From Octopus vulgaris (Eukaryota), in contig OX597817.1 in assembly GCA_951406725.2 (NCBI GenBank), positions 76,694,001 through 76,758,000 of the forward strand: a stretch of DNA of 64,000 bases. The letters run 5' to 3'. The translations under genes were made by a program, and so were the position numbers. Below are positions 52,511 through 64,000 of the stretch, one piece after another. A model generated the notes under the pieces. It was not told where the DNA came from and searched no databases. It saw nothing but the letters and a program-made list of their open reading frames with translations. Numbering within the stretch: the first letter of the stretch is position 1; every line of letters starts with the position of its first letter.

Positions 52511-53295
52511 GTCTGTCTGTCTGTCTATCTATCTGACTGTGTGTCTGTCTGACTGTGTGTCTGTCTGTCTGTCTGACTGACTGTCTGTCTGTCTGTCTGA
52601 CTGAGTCTGTTTGTCTGTCTGTCTATCTTTGTCTACGTATATGTTATGTGAGTATTACTGGTAATATGTAACACAACGCGAGCTGTCGTATGGTCGGGCT
52701 CTCGGTGACAAAACTGAAAATTCTACCAAGCCAGCTTGGTAACAAGGAGTGAAGTTTTCGCTGGACATTCTTCAGGACGAAAAACAAAACCTCTCAGTAA
52801 AGTCAACGGTAATCCAATAGCTGGGAGTTAGAGACAACTAGTCCTAGCTTAGACATTTCTCAAGGTTAAGGAAAACTCTGATATAATTCCTAAAATTTCT
52901 ATTGCATCTAATAATATGGACTAGCTTTGTTATTTGAAAAAAATGCAGAAGCTGTTTAGCGAGAAGAATTGGTTCTGTGCAAGGCCTTTTCTCATTTCGA
53001 GAGATCTTCAGGCAAAGTCAACGCTTGATTCTTAGGGGCTCTGTTCTGTGTTGCATACTTTCGCTAATTGTCACCAATTGAAACAAAACATTCAATGAAA
53101 AATTGTATGATTGAATCAAAACTATGCGTTAGAGTCAGTTGTAACTCTTAAATCACCAATTGTAAAAGTCATCCATTACTGCTACATCAGTGCAGAAGAG
53201 TGACCCTAATGAGACAAGAAGACACATCTATGGAGTTCAAGATTAAGAGAACAATCAAGCGATATCATTGCATTGCCCGAAATCGAATAGAAGTC

Positions 53296-53354
<59 letters not shown>

Positions 53355-53741
53355 GTAAAAAAATACAAACTGGGACAAGAACGCAAAATATTTAGAAGAC
53401 GATACAAAAAACACGGACGGGACATTCGAAACCTTCAATCTTCAGTCAAGAACCGGATCATCCTCGCAATTTCGGCTCATTAATCTTGAGATTGCTCCGA
53501 CCTGGCCAGCCCCAAAGGAAAATCTAAGCCAAGCGCATTAGATTCCTTGGAAGAAAGCCGCGAATGTATACAAAACAAGGACGGGAAAACGGACGATGTT
53601 ACACGACTAAGAATACAAAAATACGTAAAAACAATAATGATAACACGAATAAGAATACGAAAATACGTAAAAACAATAATGATAATAATAAATAATAATA
53701 ACAAAAACATATATAATAATAATAATAATGATAGTAACAAA

Positions 53742-53779
<38 letters not shown>

Positions 53780-54802
53780 GCGTGATAAATGAGGGAAAAT
53801 GAGTTAAAATACAACAAAAAGAACAAGTTTTTACAAAGGTGTTATTAGTTTCACGCTTGAAAAGAAATAAACAAAAGATGCGTTTGCGTCTTGAACAGAG
53901 ATTCCTTCATCATAAGCAGGAGGAAATAAAAGAGAAGGGTGCTGGAAAGGAGAGAAGAGGCGGAAAACAGCTTAGGATCCGAGCTGGAAAGCAGTTCTAT
54001 TGGGGAAGGGTTAAGAAGAGAAGAGATAGGAAGTTGCATATATATAAATCTCTCTGTGTAGAGAGATGGGCATTAGGGAGAAGCATGTGAGCTGTGTGGG
54101 GGTTCAGGTGATTGGCTGGTAATGAGTAGAGTTGAGTGGGATGTGAACCTGGTAAAGGTTTGTGGGTAGCTACTAGGCAAAATTTAAAAAAAAAACATTA
54201 AAGAAATCGGTGTGGTAGATGATGCAAAAATTCAAACAAGTACAAGAGCGGAGAAAAGGTTAGAAATGGCGTAAATGTGAGAAATAATAATTGGAGAACT
54301 AAATAAATAAAAAAAAGAATTGAATACTAGTAAAGAACAGTTGAGTGTGAAAAAGGCAGAGAGTAAAGAAACAGAAGGGCTTAGAAATATATATGAAAGG
54401 CACGTGAATATTTGAAAGAAGGGAAATTCGTAAAAGAGAGAACGGATTATAAAAAGGATATAAATAAGCGATATATAAAATGTTATAGCGACTATAGAGA
54501 TAAAATGTTACGTTATGTAACATAAAACAGGTACAAGTCCAGCGTAGAGGTTGTAAAAATCAATAAAATGGAATAGGAAGGACTGAGTTGAAAGACAGAG
54601 ACGACTGAAACAGACGGGAATATATATATATATATATATATATATAGCATATATATATATAGACAGTGACTATATATATATACATACATATATATATACA
54701 TACATGTGTGTTATATATATATATATATATATCTCACCAGCTTGTTCACTTTAGTGACGTATATATTCCTGCCTTTAGGTTGTAAAATTGCGAATTAGCG
54801 AC

Positions 54803-54897
<95 letters not shown>

Positions 54898-54908
54898 TAC
54901 ATACATAC

Positions 54909-55035
<127 letters not shown>

Positions 55036-55334
55036 TATACAACACGTGGAAGTAAAAAGAATTGATTGTTAAAGGCATGTAAAAATAAGGAATGCTATAA
55101 AAGTTAATTTACACGTGTCGAGAGAAAGTGTTGTTAAAATCCAATAGTGATGGTAGGTTCTGGAAAGTGAAAGTAATCCAATGTAGCAAGACATCCAGGA
55201 ATGGTTTAACGATCGGTTCGACGAGAGCACATGTCGCATAACGGAAGTTCCGTGGAGAAAGAGAGATGACAACAGGAGATTGTAACAGATTCGGAGAGAG
55301 AATTCAGGGATGACAATAGACAGCGTGTTCGAAT

Positions 55335-55367
<33 letters not shown>

Positions 55368-55690
55368 TTAAATGTATGAGCGTGTGCTAGAGTGGTAGTA
55401 CGTGTGCTTATGTGTTTGAGCACGCGTGTGAGTATTAGCGGTCAGTAGTCAGTTGAGCGGTGAGTGGAGAGGAAAGTGTGAGGAGGATGAATATGATCAA
55501 CACGTCCATCTCTGTAACGAACAATCTATCTGTCTGTCTGTTATCTATCTATCTATTTATCTGTCTATCTGTTTAAGTCTGTGTGCCTGTCTATCTATCC
55601 TTCTATCTATCTATTTATCTACCTATCTATCTGTTACTTTGTCTGTCTGTCCTTCTGTCTAACTATCTGTTTGTCTTTCTGTCTGTCTGA

Positions 55691-55793
<103 letters not shown>

Positions 55794-55928
55794 CCTGCCT
55801 GCCTGTCTGTCTGTCTGTCTGTCTATGTATACGTATATGTCAGTTCGCTCTTAGTATTACTGGTAACATGTAACACAACGCGACCTGTCGTATGGTCAGG
55901 CCCAGCTGAGAAAATTGAAATCCTACCA

Positions 55929-55995
<67 letters not shown>

Positions 55996-56619
55996 AGTGC
56001 CTTTTCTACCTGTTCTGTAGTGACAATATCTATCTTACCTTTACTTATCGAAAACGTTCGATACGTTATTGTTTTCTCCTTTATCCTGTTTCGTATTTCT
56101 TGCGTTGGCGATAAGTTTACCTCGAAACCATCGCGATTCATTTCACCTCTGTCTTCCGAGTTCCTCAATATATATATATCTGTGTATCTGACTATTAGTC
56201 TGTCTGCCTCTTTGTCTCTCTCTTTCTCTCTGTCTAACTATTTGTCAGTCTCACTATTTGTCTAAATGAAAGCAAGGATATATGTGTGTGTAGTGTGTGT
56301 GTGGGGGGAGTGTATGTGAGTAGGTGTGTGCCTGTGTGCGTATTTATCTGCTTTCCCCGCTATTTCTCTCTCCTTCACTGTACTTAAGCAAGTTGTTGGT
56401 TTTCTGATGAACACAGCCCACAATACTACTGAATACTTATGCAAACAGAGCTTTTAAATTAATTTAAATTAATGCAAATTAAATAAATTATGCATCGTAG
56501 GTATGTAATTATGGAATTAATAATACTTATCCAAACGAAACAGCTGTTGAGCACAATTGAAGTATGATTATTACGTGAACATTTCTGCCCTTTCTATTTT
56601 TACAATGTGTGTGTGTGTA

Positions 56620-57404
56620 ATGTGGTATGATCAGTAAGTATTCGGACTGTTGCCACAGTACCGAAGGTAAAGCATGCAGCAGAATGAAGCAGCTTGGCAC
56701 AGATAGACCTTGAACTCTTTTGTGCATGTGTCCTAAGTTTTAACGTTCTAGCTCACTTTCGCTGTTTACAGCAGTTCTTCGAACAAACGTATGTAGCGTG
56801 TGATTATCACACTGATGATGACAGAAAGTTGAGCAGAGAATCTGCATCAAATTTTGCCAAAAGCTTGGCGATACCCGTTCAGAGCCCTATGCAAAGTTTT
56901 TAAAAGTTTTCATCGTCCTCGACACAATCAAGATCATGTGCAACTGAAACTCGAGTGTCGTCTTGGTTAGCTAGAAGCAGTTTTGACACAAACTTGGCAG
57001 ACACGCGTCTCATACGCAAATCTGCGATGTTTTCCTGAGATTTACTGGTTGCGGGTCTCCCAGAACATTCGTCAATATCGACATTTGTTCTGCTATCCGG
57101 GAAATCTCTGAAACACTCGTGCACTTGTGTCCGGTTCATACACTCCTCTCCATAATTTTCTGAAGCTGTATGGAGGCCTCCGAGAAGCCATCTTTATGAC
57201 AACTTTGTCATGGTCAATGCGGTATTCACACGTTACACACCTTCCTTCCAAGCACTGCTTTTAACAGCGGAAGTGACCTAGACGTTTAAACCAAGTGCAC
57301 ATGCAGAGCAGAGTTCGAGATCAATCTCTGCTAAGCTGCTTCATTCTGCATGCTTTAGCTTCGTCACTGTGGCAAAAGTCCGGATATTTATTGATCAAAC
57401 TCCG
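56620..57404. mobile_element. Mariner relic made of two inward-facing 5' ends
   Basis: Arms 56620-56815 and 57205-57404 are inverted homologues, both TA-flanked. Plus strand gives ..EQRICIKFCQKLGDT; minus strand gives MNRTQVHECF...SGRP...MRRVSAKFV (mariner HTH domains and WVPHEL-type region). Confidence 0.88.
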
Positions 57405-57488
57405 TATGTATGCACGTATGTATGTATGTATGTATGTATGTATGTATGTATGTATGTATGTATGTATGTATGTATGTATGTATGTATG

Positions 57489-57522
<34 letters not shown>

Positions 57523-57532
57523 TGTATGTATG

Positions 57533-57595
<63 letters not shown>

Positions 57596-57731
57596 ACAGA
57601 AAACACCTGCGTGTTACTTTCCAAAACCTCTCATAAAAATAATTAAAATCTAAAAATTATAAATACCTATTTCTCGCAGAAACCCGTGTAAACCTGCCTT
57701 CGTCTTTTGTCTATTTTCATAAAGCTTCCCG

Positions 57732-57789
<58 letters not shown>

Positions 57790-58336
57790 TATATATAATC
57801 AGTTGGGAACTGATACATTGATACGTCTAATAGAAGGGGTACTTCCTTTCTTGTTAAACTTTGAAAATAATATCCTGTAGATTAATTTTTATTCCTCTGT
57901 TTTAAGGAAGGTGACCCTAAAACTCTTTTAGGCAGGCATTGGCTGAAAACGTCAGACGACTACAAAGTACTTAAGAAAAGATTCCGTAGAACATTAGAAA
58001 TTCCAGAACAAAGGACAAGAAAGACACTTCTTGTTAAAAGTGTTTTCAAAGAACTCCTTCACATTGATGACATCTGCTCCTTCATATTGATGTTCATCTG
58101 CTCTAAGATCAGACCAAATGGCCTATCTTCTTCTTTTCTTCCAATGAATATCAACGTACTCAGAATATGAACGTAGCCTTAGGTAAGCTGTGGAGCAAGC
58201 TTAATTACTCATCGATCTCAAGTCATTAGGCATAGAAGTAATAGGCATCAACAAGACCATTATTTCAAGCACGCTTGCGAAAATTGAAATATGTTTTTTT
58301 TTCTGCTTCTTGTGAAAAGGAAAAAAAATTATCTGG

Positions 58337-58800
58337 TCAACAATACCCTCTGTGCCGAGGGCTCAGTATGTGGTAGCTGAAGATTCTCAGTTGTGTAATG
58401 AGGCTGCAGCTCTTGGTGGGATTCCTGCATATTAAAATGTAGTTGCTATTTGTTAGGCACATCTTCCTATAGCTCGTCTCTTTGACGAAGCTGCAATGAT
58501 AGGTCAAGTGAAGAGCAAGATTTTTATAACTCATACTTCATTTACATGGTTTTTAAGGACATGTTCCATTCTACGGTTTTACCATTTTCTTATGTTGCAA
58601 TACAACATTTTCCCAGATTCACCAACGTGTGATTGGAGCAATTTTGTCATGTCTACAGCTATTATAAACTCTCTGAGCGAGCATTTTACATTGAAAGACC
58701 ATAGGCACCTATCAATACTCTTCCGTATGCATCCTCTTCTGCATGCTTGACACTGTGCAGCAAAGATCGGGGTTCGTTTCTTTTTCTTCAAAATCCCATT
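58337..58800 (-). pseudogene. Possible L1/Tx1-like LINE C-terminal relic
   Basis: Interrupted peptide ...GTCP*KPCK...LHLTYHCSFVKE resembles a CCHC zinc knuckle. Confidence 0.35.
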
Positions 58801-59258
58801 TCTTTAACCACTGAAATGATTTCTGATCTCGATAGCCTTCAATATTTAAGACAATAAAAACAAAGACATCTTAGAACTTTCAGTGTAAATTTTCTGTTAG
58901 TATCGTTGCCTTGTAGCACCGAGGTCTTAATATTTCATTTTGGTCCTCCAGCTAGCATCACCAATTCTCTCATACACAGAACAAATGTGACGCGTCACAT
59001 TCTGCAAATAAATCGTTAAACATTCTAACTCTAATTTGACAAAATCTGCTACACTTATAAATCTTTCCTTCCACCTTCTCTCTTGAAGGACAATCTTTCG
59101 CTGTCATCTTCTGCCTGTAGATGTAAGGCTCTGAAGATTGTCGGTAGTTTTCTTCATGTCGATGTTGTCATGCTTGTATCGTTCTTGTTGATGGTAGTGT
59201 TTCTCCTGCGGTTACTCCTGATGTTGTTGGCAGTGTCGTTACAGTTCTTTTTTCCATC

Positions 59259-59845
<587 letters not shown>

Positions 59846-59993
59846 TGTAAATTCACAAACAAACCAAATATACAATAAAAATTAATAAAATCAAGAATTA
59901 GATACAGAAGATAAAAAAACACGCTAAAAGACCACGCGAAAATCAATATTTACTGAAGTAAATATGTGTGCTTGTTTATTTTACATACATTGT

Positions 59994-60062
<69 letters not shown>

Positions 60063-60197
60063 ACTTGACCAAACAAAAGAAGGGAAATGAAAGACTAGAT
60101 GTTTATCCCATTAGTTGACAGGTGTTTCGTAATCTGTGTTAACTTCATGAACGATGCTGCACCAATCGTAAAAAGTATATGAAGAATGATAGAGATA

Positions 60198-60281
<84 letters not shown>

Positions 60282-60417
60282 GGGCGCAGGAGTGACTGTG
60301 TGGTAAGTAACTCACTTACCAACGACATGGTTCCGGGTTCGGCCCAACGGCGTAGCACCTTCGACAAGTGTCTTCTACTATTGCCTCGGGCCGACTAACA
60401 GAAAGAGGCCCGTGGTA

Positions 60418-60508
<91 letters not shown>

Positions 60509-60710
60509 TTGTACGTCTGTGTTTGTCCCCACCCAACATCGCTTGACAACCAATGCTGATGTGTTTACATTCCCGTAAAATAGCGGTTCAGCAAAAGAGA
60601 AGATAGAATAAGTTACAAAGAATAAGTGCTGGGATCGATGTGTTCGAGTAAAGGCAGTGCTCCAGCATGGTTGCAGTCAAATGACTGAAACAGGTAAAAA
60701 AATAAAAGAA
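60282..60710 (+). mobile_element. SINE family A with internal deletion
   Basis: ggcgcaggagtgactgtgtggtaag...ccagcatggttgcagtcaaatgactgaaacagg. Confidence 0.88.
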
Positions 60711-60770
60711 TATATATATATATGTATGCGTGTAAGTTTGTATGTATATAGCTGTATACATATATATATG

Positions 60771-60836
<66 letters not shown>

Positions 60837-60937
60837 CTTATATCTCTATCTATCTATCTAACTATATATATATATATATATACATGTACATATAGATAAA
60901 AGTATACTCATATATACGTATATATTTATATGGATTA

Positions 60938-61842
60938 CTAGCAGCTAAGCCCGGTTTCACCTGGTCGCTTTGGATGATGTGTCTGTAAAACCTGCTCTGT
61001 GTAAACATTCGACTTATTTGGGCACGCTTTAGTTAAAAAACCATTTTAGAAGGACTTTTTCTGTCAAAACGTTAAAGATAACTGACCAACAACAAAAAAA
61101 AAGACAGCAACCAAGATTCAACCAAAGAAAGAAATAAACCCAAATACTAAGCGAACAAAGATGAACCATCCCACTTCCATTGCGCGTGCACACACACAAA
61201 CTCACACACAATCACACATATACACACACAGGCACACACACACACATTCACATATCTCCTTTTACATATACATATATTCACACAGAATTGAAACGCTGTT
61301 TGATTTATTCTTTCAGCGTACAATTTTCATTATCCCACTACCATATATGACATCACCCCTTCCTTCCTTATTCATCTATCACTCCTTCCTTTCTCATTCA
61401 TAAACACAAGAGTATTATTATAGTAGATTATCTCGGTAACCATGGGAGCTATGAAAAAATATTACATCACCCTTTCCTCCCTCATTTATCTATCACCCCT
61501 ACCTTCCTAATTTATCTATCACCCCTTCCTTTCTCATTTATAAACACAAGATTATTATTATAGTAGATTATTTCGGTAACCATGGGAGCTATGTAAAAAT
61601 ATGACAACACCCCTTCCTTCCTTATTCATCTGTCATACGATCCTTTCTCATTTCTATACACAAAAGTATTATTATAGTAGATTATCTCGCTAACCATGGG
61701 AGCTTTGAAAAAATGCAAAGTCTAGCATCACCACCAGATTATACTACACATCTGTGTAATTTTTCGCGCAATTCCACCTAGCCGTTTGACCGTGAATCCC
61801 AAGACAAGGAAGAATCGCCCATCTCAAATTTATATGTATAGA
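60938..61842 (-). mobile_element. Non-autonomous Helitron-like element with internal ~120-140 bp tandem repeats
   Basis: Minus strand begins a|TCtatacatataaatttgaga and ends with hairpin ccaggtgaaaccggg plus CTAG|t. Three units at 61343-61712 (gtattattatagtagattatctcggtaaccatgggagct). Confidence 0.8.
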
Positions 61843-62225
61843 TATGTATAAACACGCATACACAAACAATATTTAAGCATATATATTTTAACAGACACCC
61901 ATGTCTGTTGAAATATATGCATATACTTACGTATTCATATACATATAATATATGCATACACTTATATATTCATATGCATATACATACATATTCATATGCA
62001 TATACTTATGTGTGTGTGCGTGATTGTGTATGTATGTGCATGTATGTATGCATTTATAGTTTATGTATTATGTATGTATGTATGCATGTATGTATGTATA
62101 CTTATGCATATATCTTCATGAGTTTATACACTCGAAATTGATCAATGCTGAAGCAGACAAAAGTAGTCTCCTCGAAACTGTAGAGTAACAATATTTGATT
62201 ACAGCAATAGCAGCAGCAGCCATAA

Positions 62226-62303
<78 letters not shown>

Positions 62304-62454
62304 CAGCAGCAGCAGTTAGATTTCAGCACTATCAGTGGCATTAGAAGAAACCGAATAGATTGCCCTCTTGAATCAAATATCATTAACAGTTTGTAAGCTT
62401 CAACCTGACTTACCTACATACCTTTTCAGTTGTATCTACGTAAGCTATTGGCTC

Positions 62455-62709
62455 CGTTTGTGTTCTTGAGCAAGACGCTTTATTTCACGTTGCTCCAGTT
62501 CACTCAGCTGTAGAAATGAGTTGCGACGTCACAGGTGCCAAGCTGTATCGACCTTTGTCTTTCCCTTGGATAACACTGGTGGCGTGGAGAGGGGAGGCCG
62601 GTATGCATGGGCAACTACTGGTCTTCCATAAAAACAACCTTGCCCAGACTTGTGCCTCAGACGGTAACTCTCTAGGTGCAAACCCATGGTCACTCATGAC
62701 CGAAGGGGG

Positions 62710-62712
<3 letters not shown>
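62455..62712 (+). mobile_element. SINE family C relative with a different 3' tail, 5' truncated
   Basis: tgtgttcttgagcaagacgctttatttcacgttgctccagttcactcagctgtagaaatgagt is shared with family C; the 3' part is unrelated. Confidence 0.75.
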
Positions 62713-62766
<54 letters not shown>

Positions 62767-62767
62767 G

Positions 62768-62834
<67 letters not shown>

Positions 62835-62935
62835 GGAAAGTTTAAAAACAAAAATAAACGAAATAAACAAAAGACGAAGGCAGATGGTGTACAAACAAAC
62901 AGATGTATCAGTAAAGCGCTCACGAATAGAAAAAG

Positions 62936-62972
62936 CTTTTTACGTTTCGAGCCTACACTCTTCTGCAGAAAG
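62936..62972 (-). ncRNA. Hammerhead-like motif with variant core
   Basis: Minus strand: CUUU-CUGCAGAA-GAGU-GUAG-GCUC-GAAA-CG-UA-AAAAG. Stem II and GAAAC-GUA are present; the CUGANGA box is non-canonical. Confidence 0.45.
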
Positions 62973-63322
62973 GTACACAGGAAAGACAAGGAGAGAAAAA
63001 AAATGTGTGTAGTTGCTAACGATCTATTTGTCCTTACCTTTGAAACGCGGAGTAGACGAAACAGGGACAAGTGAAGAAGGGAAATATTCTGTGTGTTGTA
63101 TGTCTTGTACTCTGTTTTTTCGTTGTTTGAAAAAAAGTTCGTTTCCATGTTTTTGTTTTTATGTTTTCGTTTCTTATTGTGTTCAACGTTTTTTGGTGTC
63201 GTGTACCCATATATGCATGTATATAGACATACAGATGTAGTTATGTACATATATGTATGTATATATGCATATATTTATATATCATTTATATTATATATAT
63301 ACACACACACACACACATATAT

Positions 63323-63386
<64 letters not shown>

Positions 63387-63410
63387 CTTTACATACATAC
63401 ATTCAGACAG

Positions 63411-63477
<67 letters not shown>

Positions 63478-64000
63478 TATACATAATTGTCACTAATTGT
63501 AACTGAAGGTGCCTGGTATCAACTAAATTGTTAGAAACAAGACCCCAAAATACTTATAGGCGCAAGAAAGCTCGTTTTCGTATATTGACAGGGGAGATAA
63601 CCGCTCCACAGCGACACTAGATCACTATACTAGACTAATCTCGTCTGAAAGCGCATTTTCATTTACTGAGAGGGGAGATACCGCCCCACTGCGAAGATAT
63701 ATCACTATACTAAAGTATCTTCGCCTGAAAATTACAGGGTCATCAATTGTTACTACTGTAGCTTATAGCAGTATAGGTACTACCCGGCACCCTCAGTTAA
63801 AATTAGTGACAATCGATTTTTCCCTTTTTGTTTTTATATTGCTTCGTTATTTTACAGTTTTCACATTAGCATATTATTGAATCAGCCATTGATTCATATG
63901 GTAAATACTATATGCTGACAGTCAGGATTTAACCAAATTATTCAGCGATGGGGTAAACATCAACGATAAGCATATTTACGTTCGAATCTAACAGATCATA

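Noticed and set aside
53415-53500. Minus-strand CUGAAGA as a hammerhead core
   Set aside because: No correctly placed GAAA box or stem I partner.
61343-61712. CRISPR-like regular repeats
   Set aside because: Whole units repeat with no unique spacers, there are no cas genes, and the context is eukaryotic.

Overview
AT-rich, repeat-saturated eukaryotic non-coding DNA, either intergenic or part of a very large intron. The SINE families and the extreme (TA)n/(CA)n/(CATA)n/(TATC)n/(AAT)n density resemble an octopus (coleoid cephalopod) genome; this is inferred from recalled repeat families, not a database match. No multi-exon host gene can be supported, and almost all track ORFs are microsatellite translations. 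The only long real ORF belongs to a young, 5'-truncated CR1-type LINE (~10805-14060) with an APE+RT ORF2 broken by one 1-nt frameshift. The window also holds three tRNA-headed SINE families (dozens of copies), RTE/CR1/L1-like LINE relics, Tc1/mariner relics, a hAT MITE and two non-autonomous Helitrons. The most interesting signals are: (i) a U-UUU-UUA slippery heptamer plus hairpin at the LINE ORF1/ORF2 overlap, with no AUG upstream of the endonuclease domain, suggesting programmed -1 frameshifting; (ii) several distinct non-coding, (TA)n-embedded elements with partial-tandem or inverted architecture and degenerate minimal hammerhead ribozymes (Penelope-like/retrozyme-like); (iii) several large foldback structures; (iv) a candidate 29-nt micro-exon. 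All alignments and coordinates were read by eye.
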